A stretch of 64,000 nucleotides of DNA from Acidobacteriaceae bacterium (GCA_003151435.1 PLXP01000144.1:7422-71421); one strand, 5' to 3'; shown: positions 18,620 to 27,596, counted from the first letter of the stretch. The notes: generated by a model from the letters alone, not told the origin. Made by a program: numbers and translations.

Positions 18620-20059
18620 ATGAGCCCATCAGAGATTTCTCGCCGCACGGTGCTGCGTGGCGCTGCGCTGGGCGCGGCGGTGCTTGCCTCTGGCGCCGAC
18701 AAGCTGCTGGGCGAATCGGTCCAGGCTCCGCCCAACATCGTTTTCATCCTTGCTGACGATATGGGTTACGCCGATATTTCCTGCTACGGACGACCCGACC
18801 TCCACACTCCGAACATCGATAGTCTTGCATCGCGCGGAATGCGCTTTCTGCAGGCCTACGCCAACTCCGCGGTCTGCTCGGCCACGCGCACCGCTCTGAT
18901 TACCGGACGCTATCAGGACCGCCTCGATGTTGGTCTCGACGAACCGCTCGTCGGACGCGACACCGGTTTGCCTCCGAGCCATCCCACGCTGCCTTCGCTC
19001 CTGCGCAAGGCCGGATATGGGACCACCCTTGTGGGCAAGTGGCATCTGGGCTTGCTGCCCAAATATGGCCCGCTGCATAGCGGCTACGACCACTTTTATG
19101 GTTTTCGCGGCGGCGCGGTCGACTACTTTACACACTCCAACGACCTGTGGGACGAAGACATCAAGGTCCAACAGGTTGGCTACCTGACTGATTTACTCGG
19201 CAACCACGCCGTCAATGTCATCAACGGCTACGCCAAGGCCGGAAAGCCCTTCCTGTTGAGCTTGCACTTTAATGCTCCTCACTGGCCGTGGGAGGGGCCG
19301 GGAGATGAGGCCGAGTCCCGGCGGCTCAATGGCCATGGGCTCGTCGATTTTGACGGCGGTTCGCAAGGGACCTTTGAGCGCATGATCGAGGACCTCGATC
19401 TCCAGGTTGGGCGAGTGATCGATGCGCTTCACGCTGGCGGCATCATCGACAACACAATCGTTATTTTCACGAGCGACAATGGAGGCGAGCGCTTCGCCGA
19501 TACCTGGCCATTTACAGGCCGGAAGACAGAGTTGCTTGAAGGCGGTTTGCGGATTCCGGCCATCATTTCGTGGCCCGCCCGCATTGGCAAGGGCCAAACC
19601 ACCAATCAGGTGGCGATCAGCATGGATTGGCTGCCAACGCTTCTTGCTGCTGCCAGCACAGGGCCCGATGCCGCGTATTCACCCGACGGCATTAACCTGC
19701 TGCCATTTCTATCCGAAGGCGCCACGCCGGTTCCGCGCAAGCTCTTTTGGCGCTACAAAGCCAATGCCCAGCACGCGACGCGCGATGGCGATATGAAGTA
19801 TCTCAAGATTCTAGATAATACATTCCTGTTCAACGTCGTTGAGGATCCTATGGAGCGCGCCAATCTGAAGGAACGCATGCCCGACGTTTACAGCCGCCTG
19901 ATCGCGGAATGGGCCGCTTGGAATGCCGCCATGCTGCCGGAGATCGATGAGAGCTACACCGGCAACTTCACCGGGGCCGAACTCGCCGATCACATCGGTA
20001 CGCCAGAAGCCAGCCACAAAGCCGATAACCCACCTTCCGTGACGGCTCCTGATCGCTGA
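18620..20059 (+). CDS. Tat-exported arylsulfatase-family hydrolase
   Basis: Twin-arginine signal SRRTVLRGAALGAAVLASGA. NIVFILADDMGYADI and the formylglycine site CSATRTALITGRY (C-x-A-x-R variant). Confidence 0.85.
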   Translation: MSPSEISRRTVLRGAALGAAVLASGADKLLGESVQAPPNIVFILADDMGYADISCYGRPDLHTPNIDSLASRGMRFLQAYANSAVCSATRTALITGRYQDRLDVGLDEPLVGRDTGLPPSHPTLPSLLRKAGYGTTLVGKWHLGLLPKYGPLHSGYDHFYGFRGGAVDYFTHSNDLWDEDIKVQQVGYLTDLLGNHAVNVINGYAKAGKPFLLSLHFNAPHWPWEGPGDEAESRRLNGHGLVDFDGGSQGTFERMIEDLDLQVGRVIDALHAGGIIDNTIVIFTSDNGGERFADTWPFTGRKTELLEGGLRIPAIISWPARIGKGQTTNQVAISMDWLPTLLAAASTGPDAAYSPDGINLLPFLSEGATPVPRKLFWRYKANAQHATRDGDMKYLKILDNTFLFNVVEDPMERANLKERMPDVYSRLIAEWAAWNAAMLPEIDESYTGNFTGAELADHIGTPEASHKADNPPSVTAPDR

Positions 20060-20368
20060 GACTGCCGATCCCTCGCCCGCACGCTGCCACATAGTGCGTT
20101 CGACCGCGCGCTGAAGGATGAGTTCTGTGGTTCCGATATGCTAATTCTCCGTGATTTACTCTCCAACGGCAGGATCAGTCCTGAAAAACGCCCTTCACTT
20201 CAGTCATCGCTTGGCGGTTCCGCAGAGGATTGTCAACGAGCGCATCATCTCCGACTCCCCCAGAATGAATGCAGTCGTCAATCGCCAACGAGGGCAGGCT
20301 CTTTCGAGTTTCGGGGGCGAGTCTCAATCAGCACTATGGGTAGATGCGATGGGTCAACCCAAACTCAC

Positions 20369-22378
20369 TTACTGGCACTCCGCCTCGAACGGCAGGAACA
20401 ACGCAAACGCCGTTCCGCTGCTGCCTTGCCGCTGCGAACTGCGCACCCTGAGCGTGCCGTGATGCCGGTTGACAATCTCCTGGCACACCCACAGCCCCAA
20501 TCCATTCCCCGCGGTGCCTTTTGTCGTGAAGAAGGCATCGAAGATATTCTTCCGCGCCGCCGGGCTGATCCCTGTGCCGGTGTCGCCGATGGTAAGAACC
20601 AGCCCCGCCTTGCCCGTCGCCCAGTTTCTTCCGCTGCGGCTGCGGATCAACAATCGTCCGCCAAACGGCATCGCCTCCAGCGCGTTGCCCACCAGGTTGT
20701 TCAGCACCTGGCGCACGTCGCCCTGAAAGCATACCGCCGGCTTGTCGGTCCTGAATCGCTTCTCCACCTTCACTCGCGCGTTGCGAAGGCGCCCCTCGTA
20801 AATGCTCATCACGGTTGAGTACAGGTCGGCGCCGCTTGCGGCCTGCGGCTTCGAGGCCTGCTTGTGGAAGCGCAGCGTCTGGTTGGCGATGATGGAGACG
20901 CGGCGAATCTCCTGGTCCGCAAGGTCGAGATATTCCCGGGCTTTGGGAGTCTCGGCCTGACGCGCCAGGTAGATCAGGTTCATCACCGACTCCAGCGGAT
21001 TGTTAATCTCATGCGCGATGGACGATGCAAGCCGCCCCACGGCAGCCAGCTTTTCACTTTTCAGCAACGCCGATTCGGCTCGCCTGAATTCAGTAATGTC
21101 CCGTCCTTCGGGAACCAGAAAGAGCACTCTTCCGTCTGTGTCCCGAACCGGCGTGAGCGAGAAATCGAAGATCCGCGTCTCTCCCGAAGGCCGGTTGAGC
21201 GATGCTTCATAGCGCACAAACTCCCCCGCGGCGGCGCGTGCCATCGCCGCCCGCAACGCCTCGGGTGCGCCCGGCGTGCCCGCGAACCAGGGCGAATCGG
21301 CCAGGCCCTTGCCTACCACCTCCGTGCGGTCAGTTCCGGAAAACTCCAATGAGGCGCGGTTGCAATCGACGATCACCCCATCCGGCGTCAGCAGACCGAT
21401 GTACCCCAGGCTGGTGGTGTACATGGCCTTGAGCCGCGCTGCGCTCTCGCGCAACGCCTCGGCTTCCGCTCGCTGCCTTGTAATATCGCGAAACACGAGC
21501 ACGATCCCCGCAAGCGCCCCGTTGTCATCCAGAACCGGCGCTCCGCTGTCGTCGATTGCGGTCTCACTTCCGTCCTTGCGAATCAGGATTGTATGGTTGA
21601 CGAGTTCCACCGCGGTTCCAAGCCGACGCACCTTTTCCGCTGGGCTCTCCACCGGTTCGCGCGTGCCCTCATCCACAGTGTGGAAGACCTGCTGGAGCGG
21701 ATCGCCTTTGGCTTCTTCTAATCGCCAGCCGGTGAGGTTCTCGGCCACGCGGTTCATCTGAACCACGCGGGCCTCGGAGTCCGTCACAATCACCGCATCG
21801 CCGATGCTCTGCAAGACGCGCGTGGCGCGGGCTTCGCTTTCACGAAGATCGCGCGTGGCCATTACCTCGCCCGTCACATCCTGCATTAAGCCGAAGAGGC
21901 CTGCGATCTTGCCCTCCTCAAAGACGGGGCTGAACGTATAGTCGAGGGAAGAATCCTGCACCCCGCTGCCGGAATCGATCGGCACCTGCAGCTTTCGGTG
22001 CGAAAACATCGTCCCCGTGGCGTAAGCCTCCTCCAGCAGCGGCCCCACAATGGGCCACGATTCCTTGTAGACCTCCCGGGCAGGCTTCCCTAGGGCCTCG
22101 GGGTGCCGTTTCCCCGGTATCGGCCGATAGCCATCGTTGTAAATCAGAATCATGTCCGGACCCCAGAGGGTTCTTGCCGGGGCCGGCGAGCACAAGGTGA
22201 GGTTCACGATGGCGACCAGTTCCCGGGACCAGCCTTCAATGGGGCCCACGGGCGTGGAACTCCAGTCATGACTGCGGACCAGCTCCGCCATCTCCCCCAC
22301 GCCCACAATGCGGGCTGCCGCAGTCTCGCACGAGCCGGACTGCGGGGGCGATGGTTTTGCTGATCTGAACAAGCTCAT
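20369..22378 (-). CDS. Multi-PAS sensor histidine kinase
   Basis: GGAGG SD. Several PAS/PAC modules, the HisKA H-box SSIAHEINNPLESV, and HATPase N/G boxes (LNNLVGNALEAM, IGDTGTGI, GNGLGLWV). Confidence 0.85.
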   Translation of the reverse strand: MSLFRSAKPSPPQSGSCETAAARIVGVGEMAELVRSHDWSSTPVGPIEGWSRELVAIVNLTLCSPAPARTLWGPDMILIYNDGYRPIPGKRHPEALGKPAREVYKESWPIVGPLLEEAYATGTMFSHRKLQVPIDSGSGVQDSSLDYTFSPVFEEGKIAGLFGLMQDVTGEVMATRDLRESEARATRVLQSIGDAVIVTDSEARVVQMNRVAENLTGWRLEEAKGDPLQQVFHTVDEGTREPVESPAEKVRRLGTAVELVNHTILIRKDGSETAIDDSGAPVLDDNGALAGIVLVFRDITRQRAEAEALRESAARLKAMYTTSLGYIGLLTPDGVIVDCNRASLEFSGTDRTEVVGKGLADSPWFAGTPGAPEALRAAMARAAAGEFVRYEASLNRPSGETRIFDFSLTPVRDTDGRVLFLVPEGRDITEFRRAESALLKSEKLAAVGRLASSIAHEINNPLESVMNLIYLARQAETPKAREYLDLADQEIRRVSIIANQTLRFHKQASKPQAASGADLYSTVMSIYEGRLRNARVKVEKRFRTDKPAVCFQGDVRQVLNNLVGNALEAMPFGGRLLIRSRSGRNWATGKAGLVLTIGDTGTGISPAARKNIFDAFFTTKGTAGNGLGLWVCQEIVNRHHGTLRVRSSQRQGSSGTAFALFLPFEAECQ

Positions 22379-22691
22379 CCTGTAATTCCTCCGTGATCAA
22401 AAAATGCAGACGAGCTTTAACCAACTTCTTCGCGATAAAAGCACCGCCTCCCCATCGAAATAACCAATCCCGCGGGAGGAACGACGCGCATTCGCCTTCA
22501 ATTCGTATTGGATGCTTGATTCCGCGAACACTATGCCGCGCCGTAAGATGAATCGCGGCGAACCTCCGCGGCCAGCATGGGGGCCGGCAGCCCCCGTCGC
22601 CGCATAGCACACCCCCGAAGCCATTTACCGCATCCAAATAACATGCGCCCCCCGGGCCAAATCCACTGAAAGCCATTCTCCAAGGAGCTGA

Positions 22692-23762
22692 ATGACAACG
22701 GCTTATATCAATCGCATCGCGACAGCAGTCCCGCGGCATGATGTGCACCGGCCGTTTGTCCAGTTTGCCGAAGGCATGCTGCCCGAGGGCACGGTGCGCA
22801 ATCTCTTTCGGCGCATGGCTCGTATGTCGGCCATCGAACACCGCTACTCATTCCTGCAGCCCATCTCCACGGACGACTCGACGTGGCGCGATGCGGAAAA
22901 CCTCTATGTGACCGGAAATTTTCCTCCCACCTCGCGCCGCATGCAGGCCTTTGAGAACTTTGCTCCGCTGCTGGCGCAATGCGCGCTCGACAAACTTGCC
23001 CTCACGGATGAGGAACGCCGCTCCGTCACGCACGTCATCGTCACCTCCTGCACCGGCCTCTACGCTCCGGGTCTCGACTTCGACATCGTCAAGCACCTTG
23101 GCCTCAGCACCTCCGTCGAACGCACCATGATCGGCTTCATGGGATGCTACGCCGCCATCAACGCATTGAAGTCAGCGCATCACATCGTGCGCTCGGAACC
23201 CCAAGCCAAGGTTCTCGTCCTGAATCTGGAACTCTGCACGCTCCACCTGCAGGAAACAAAAGATCTGGAACAGATGCTCTCGTTCCTGCTCTTTGCGGAT
23301 GGTTGCGCGGCGTCCCTGATCAGCGCGCAACCGCAAGGGTTGGGCATCGACAGTTTTCTTGCCATCCAGCTTCCCGACACAAGCCATCTCATTACGTGGC
23401 GCATTCGCGAGATGGGATTCGACATGCAACTCTCCGGCCAGGTTCCCGCCGAGATTCGTCGCACCCTGAAGGATTCGGGCTCTCAAGTCACGCGCGGAAA
23501 AGATCCGCAGGCCATCGATCTCTGGGCCGTGCACCCGGGAGGCCGTTCCATCCTCGATGCCGTGGAGCAGGGCCTTGGTTTGCCGGGCGATGCGCTCCGC
23601 TACTCGCGCGACATCCTCGCGCGTTACGGCAATATGTCCTCCGCCACCGTGATGTTTGTCCTGCAGCAAGTGCTGGAGCACGCACAGGCACGGCAGCAAG
23701 GCTGTGCCATGTCGTTTGGCCCCGGAGTCACGGCGGAGACCATGCTCTTCCATGCCGCCTAG
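22692..23762 (+). CDS. Type III polyketide synthase (chalcone-synthase superfamily)
   Basis: AAGGAG SD. Cys-His-Asn triad contexts VTSCTGLYAPG, WAVHPGGRSILD and YGNMSSATVMF, plus FADGCAA. Confidence 0.9.
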   Translation: MTTAYINRIATAVPRHDVHRPFVQFAEGMLPEGTVRNLFRRMARMSAIEHRYSFLQPISTDDSTWRDAENLYVTGNFPPTSRRMQAFENFAPLLAQCALDKLALTDEERRSVTHVIVTSCTGLYAPGLDFDIVKHLGLSTSVERTMIGFMGCYAAINALKSAHHIVRSEPQAKVLVLNLELCTLHLQETKDLEQMLSFLLFADGCAASLISAQPQGLGIDSFLAIQLPDTSHLITWRIREMGFDMQLSGQVPAEIRRTLKDSGSQVTRGKDPQAIDLWAVHPGGRSILDAVEQGLGLPGDALRYSRDILARYGNMSSATVMFVLQQVLEHAQARQQGCAMSFGPGVTAETMLFHAA

Positions 23763-24474
23763 CACGCCCGATTTTCGCCGCCGCGCGCAACTCTCCGAAC
23801 TCATGGACGGGCCTTGCACTCGCGAGCAGTTGCGCGCCTGCCTCCGCGATCTCGCCAGGGTCAACCGCCTGGTGTTGGCCTATCGGCCTCTGCTCGCGTG
23901 GCTCAACAGCTTTCGATTCTCATCATCCGCGGAGCCCCTTCGCATCCTCGACGTGGGCTCCGGTTATGGCGACGGGTTGCGCCGCATCGAACGTTGGGCA
24001 CACAAGCGCGGCATCGCCGTGGAACTCACAGGGCTCGACATGAACCCCGACTCCACCGCCATCGCCGCCGAGGCCGGGCCTCCAGAATGTCGAATTCAGT
24101 GGGTCAGCGGCGACGTGTTTTCGTACTCCCCACAACGGTCCCCTCATCTCGTCGTCAGTTCGCTCTTCACGCATCATCTGGCCGACGCTGACGTGGTCCG
24201 CTTCCTGCGATGGATGGAGCAGAACACTGAAATGGGATGGTTCATCAACGACCTTTCGCGAGCCCCCATTCCGTACCACCTCTTCCGCATCTTCTCAAAG
24301 CTCGCGGGGTTTCATCCCTTCGTGCAACACGACGGCCCCGTCTCCATCGCCCGCTCGTTCGTGCCGGAAGATTGGCGCGGCCTGTGCGCTGCGGCAGGGC
24401 TAAACGATAGCGACGTTTCCATCGTCGGATTCAAGCCCGGACGACTCTGCGTTAGCCGGAGAAAACTGCAATGA
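23752..24474 (+). CDS. Class I SAM-dependent methyltransferase
   Basis: ATG 23752 overlaps the PKS stop (ATGCCGCCTAG). Motif I is ILDVGSGYGDGL. Confidence 0.75.
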   Translation: MPPSTPDFRRRAQLSELMDGPCTREQLRACLRDLARVNRLVLAYRPLLAWLNSFRFSSSAEPLRILDVGSGYGDGLRRIERWAHKRGIAVELTGLDMNPDSTAIAAEAGPPECRIQWVSGDVFSYSPQRSPHLVVSSLFTHHLADADVVRFLRWMEQNTEMGWFINDLSRAPIPYHLFRIFSKLAGFHPFVQHDGPVSIARSFVPEDWRGLCAAAGLNDSDVSIVGFKPGRLCVSRRKLQ

Positions 24475-25640
24475 CCGCGCCGAGGTCGATGCCCATGCCG
24501 AAGCCGAAGCCGAAGCCCAATCCCAATGTTGATAATCTCGTCATCGGCGGCGGTCTCGCCGGCGCCATGGCAGCCATGCGCCTTGCCGCCGCGGGCCGTG
24601 ACGTGGCGCTGCTGGAGAAAGAGCCGGCCGCACATCACAAGGTGTGCGGAGAGTTTCTGAGCCCCGAAGCGGTTGCGTATCTGCACCAGGCAGGCGTCGA
24701 CCCCGTCCGTCTCGGTGCTGTGCCCATCCGCTTTCTGCGCCTCTCCGCGAAAAGCAGGGTCGTGGAAACCGCATTGCCCTTCACCGCGCTCTCGCTCTCG
24801 CGTTGCGTGCTCGATGAAGCTCTTCTCGCGCGTGCCGCAGAGCAAGGATGCGACGTGCGTCGCGGCGTTTCTGTCGAGAAACTCACGCAACGCGCAGACA
24901 CATGGGTCGCAAAATTGTCCGATGAAAGTTTGCAGAGCGCCCACACGGCCTTCCTCGCCACGGGAAAGCACGATCTGCGCGGGTGGACTCGCATGCCCGG
25001 CAAGCACAACGATCTCGTCGGCTTCAAACTGCATTGGCGATTGGCGACGGCGCAGACCGAGGCGCTGCGCCAGTTCATGGAACTCTTCCTCTTCTCCGGT
25101 GGTTACGGAGGGCTTTCGCTCGTCGAAAACGATACCGCCAATCTCTGCCTCGTGGTGCGGCGTTCCACGCTGCGCAAACTGCGCGGATGGAACGAACTGC
25201 TGGCAGCGCTGCGGCTTGAGAACCGCCACATGCAGCAGCGCCTTGAAGGTGCGCAGCCGCTGTGGCAGCGGCCGCTGGCCATCTCTCCCATTCCCTACGG
25301 CTACCTGGCGACCAGGCCGCACGGCCTGTGGTGTGTCGGCGACCAGGCCGCTGTCATTCCCTCATTCACCGGCGATGGCATGTCCATCGCGCTGCATTCG
25401 GGCGCGCTCGCCGCACAAATGCATCTGGCCGGCGACACATCGGACCAGTATCATCGCGCGCTTCAATCGCAGTTGAAGTCCGGCATGGGTCTGGCGACAT
25501 GGCTTTCTCGCGCGATGGTCACGCGCGCCGCCCGCGAACTCGTTCCTTTGGGTGTCTCGTTGTTTCCCAGGGCAATCAAGAGCATTGCCACGTCGACGCG
25601 CATTCCGTCGCACGCGCTTCTTGCCGCATCGCCGCAATAG
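24471..25640 (+). CDS. FAD-dependent oxidoreductase/monooxygenase (geranylgeranyl-reductase-like)
   Basis: ATGA start/stop overlap with the methyltransferase. Dinucleotide fold VIGGGLAGAMAAMRLAAAGRDVALLEKE, GEFLSP, and GDQAAVIPSFTGDGMSIAL (GD motif). Confidence 0.75.
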   Translation: MTAPRSMPMPKPKPKPNPNVDNLVIGGGLAGAMAAMRLAAAGRDVALLEKEPAAHHKVCGEFLSPEAVAYLHQAGVDPVRLGAVPIRFLRLSAKSRVVETALPFTALSLSRCVLDEALLARAAEQGCDVRRGVSVEKLTQRADTWVAKLSDESLQSAHTAFLATGKHDLRGWTRMPGKHNDLVGFKLHWRLATAQTEALRQFMELFLFSGGYGGLSLVENDTANLCLVVRRSTLRKLRGWNELLAALRLENRHMQQRLEGAQPLWQRPLAISPIPYGYLATRPHGLWCVGDQAAVIPSFTGDGMSIALHSGALAAQMHLAGDTSDQYHRALQSQLKSGMGLATWLSRAMVTRAARELVPLGVSLFPRAIKSIATSTRIPSHALLAASPQ

Positions 25641-25654
25641 GGCCAGACAAAAAA

Positions 25655-27109
25655 TCACACTGCGAGGAAGGCGACGATTCCCACCGCTGCACCGATCACC
25701 AGGCTCATTTTGTCGGTCAGGGCAAATACCACGGGGTCTTCGTTGAGTTCACCGCGCGAGGCCAGCAGCCATACCCGGCAAAGCCAAAGCACCATCAACG
25801 GCAAGATCAGCCAGAGCCATTGCGTGTGTCGATAGAGAATCGTCACGTCGTGGCTCCCAATGTAGTTGGCGAACACCACCACCGCTGCAAACGCGCTCGC
25901 GGTTCCGAAGGTTCGTATCTGTTCGATGTCAGCCACCAGGTACCCGCGGCCGTTATTTGGCTTCGAACCGAGGATGCGCATGTTCTCCAACTCGGCAAAG
26001 CGTTTGACAATGGCCAGCGACAGAAACAGAAAGATCGAGAACCCGCTCAGCCAATGCGAAATCGGCGTGTGCGTTGCCGCGCCGCCTCCCAGCAAACGCA
26101 GTGTATACAGTCCCGAGAGCACCAGCACATCCACCAGGGCAATGCGTTTCAGATAGGTGGAGTATGCCATGGTCGTGGCCAGGTAGAGCAGCAGCCAGCC
26201 TCCGAAGCGAAAGGGAAGATAGTGCGTTCCGCAGATCGCCAGCGCCAGGAAAACGGCAACAATGCCAAACCCTGTGAGTGCGGAGAGATCTCCTGACGCA
26301 AAGGGACGCTGCCGCTTTTGTGCATGACGCCGGTCCGCCTCAATGTCGAACATGTCGTTCACAATGTAAGCGGCTGAAGCGCTCAGGCTGAAACAGCAAA
26401 AGGCCATAAACGAGTGCAGCACTTTGCCGTGCGTGAACCGGTGCGCCAGCAGCATCGGAGCAAACACCAGCAGATTCTTCGCCCATTGATGCACGCGCAC
26501 GGCCTTCAACATGGTCCTCAGAGAATGAGGCCGTTCTTCAAACACGCGCGTTGGCACAATGCCGCGCGATCGCAGCCCTCTGCGCAGCGCCGCGCTCGGA
26601 TTAGCCACCATCGCCTCGGATGCGTGTGCCAGCAGCGGTAGATCGGGGCTGGCGTTGCCAATGTAATCAAAAGCCTCGGAGCCGAGATGAGCGCGCAACC
26701 CGTCCAGCTTGCGCTTTCCGGTCAGGTTGGTGGCTCCATCGCTGCCCAGCACCCCGCTGAAGATTCCAAGATGGTCGGCGACACGGCGCGCAAGGCGCAG
26801 GTCCGCGCCCGTCGCCAGGTAGATTGCTCGCCCTCGCGCCCGCTCCTGCTGCAAAAACTGCAGCAGCTTGCGGTTGTAGGGCAGATGCGCCACATCCAGC
26901 GATACTGACTCCGTGACGTATGCCTTGAAAGCCGCCTTGCCGCGAAAAAGCCGTCCGCAAAGCGCCGGCAAACGCCCCGGCCGGGTCCGCGCAAGCACCA
27001 GCAGCGAATCGACCAGCGTATCCGACTTGACGAGTGTGCCATCCAGATCGACGCAAAGTGGACGCAGCACTGCGGCGGGAGCTTCCGGCTCAAGAATGGT
27101 AGTTGCCAA
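25655..27109 (-). CDS. HAD-phosphatase / UbiA-family (decaprenyl-phosphate phosphoribosyltransferase-like) fusion protein
   Basis: TTG start with GAGGTGA SD. N-terminal HAD motif I CVDLDGTLVKSD. The C-terminal polytopic domain carries NDMFDIEADRRHAQKRQRPFASG. Confidence 0.8.
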   Translation of the reverse strand: MATTILEPEAPAAVLRPLCVDLDGTLVKSDTLVDSLLVLARTRPGRLPALCGRLFRGKAAFKAYVTESVSLDVAHLPYNRKLLQFLQQERARGRAIYLATGADLRLARRVADHLGIFSGVLGSDGATNLTGKRKLDGLRAHLGSEAFDYIGNASPDLPLLAHASEAMVANPSAALRRGLRSRGIVPTRVFEERPHSLRTMLKAVRVHQWAKNLLVFAPMLLAHRFTHGKVLHSFMAFCCFSLSASAAYIVNDMFDIEADRRHAQKRQRPFASGDLSALTGFGIVAVFLALAICGTHYLPFRFGGWLLLYLATTMAYSTYLKRIALVDVLVLSGLYTLRLLGGGAATHTPISHWLSGFSIFLFLSLAIVKRFAELENMRILGSKPNNGRGYLVADIEQIRTFGTASAFAAVVVFANYIGSHDVTILYRHTQWLWLILPLMVLWLCRVWLLASRGELNEDPVVFALTDKMSLVIGAAVGIVAFLAV

Positions 27110-27356
27110 CCGCTCACCTCATCGAGGATCGCTGACTAGCCCCAATGCACGTTTGCTGTGGGAAGTAACCGATCGCTCAATTGGACTGTTTTCCAGGGAA
27201 GGCCGCCCGTCACATCCTGACTGCAGGAAATGAACCGGCCCTCTGGGTGCAGATACACTCGCTGCCCACTGGTCAGGAACGTTTTTAGTATACAGTCGCC
27301 TCTAAATCCTTGAAAACCGTGCGGAATAAGGGGACAGGGGGAGAGAGTTGGAAACA

Positions 27357-27375
27357 CGCGGCCAGGGCGGCCGCG
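27357..27375 (-). terminator. Hairpin immediately 3' of tRNA-Ala
   Basis: On the minus strand: CGCGGCC-GCCCT-GGCCGCG followed by UGUUUCC. A 7-bp GC stem lies 7 nt after the CCA end. Confidence 0.4.
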
Positions 27376-27382
27376 CAAATTT

Positions 27383-27458
27383 TGGTGGAGCTGAGCGGGA
27401 TCGAACCGCTGGCCTCCTCGTTGCGAACGAGGCGCTCTCCCAGCTGAGCTACAGCCCC
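27383..27458 (-). tRNA. tRNA-Ala (anticodon CGC)
   Basis: The reverse complement GGGGCTGTAGCTCAGCTGGGAGAGCGCCTCGTTCGCAACGAGGAGGCCAGCGGTTCGATCCCGCTCAGCTCCACCA folds as a 76-nt cloverleaf. It has the G3:U70 Ala identity pair, anticodon loop TTCGCAA and an encoded CCA. Confidence 0.95.
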
Positions 27459-27596
27459 ACGACTTCCTTATCTTATCAGCGAGTAGAGAATCGCGGAAGG
27501 GGCGGAGTCACGGCCCGGCACGAAATACCACCGGTCGGTTTAGGCCAGGGGCGTCGGGACTGCACCCCGACCTTCCACGCCCCCGGCCCTCCCCAC

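Noticed and set aside
20175-20327. Short minus-strand frame just downstream of the histidine kinase. It ends ...GDDALVDNPLRNRQAMTEVKGVFQD and is faintly reminiscent of a receiver-domain N-terminus (VDDNP.NR).
   Set aside because: It has no ATG, is only 50 codons long, and the resemblance is weak and gapped. The continuation in other frames does not look receiver-like. The evidence is insufficient for a pseudogene call.
20138-20818. 226-aa plus-strand ORF spanning the sulfatase-kinase gap and the 3' end of the kinase gene.
   Set aside because: It is antisense to the kinase HATPase domain and has a low-complexity, Arg-rich translation with no start context.
22379-27382. Possibility that the PKS/UbiA block is a genomic island inserted at the 3' end of tRNA-Ala.
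   Set aside because: I found no integrase and no direct repeat of the tRNA 3' segment (GGGATCGAACCGC...) further left. The composition and codon usage look like the rest of the window.
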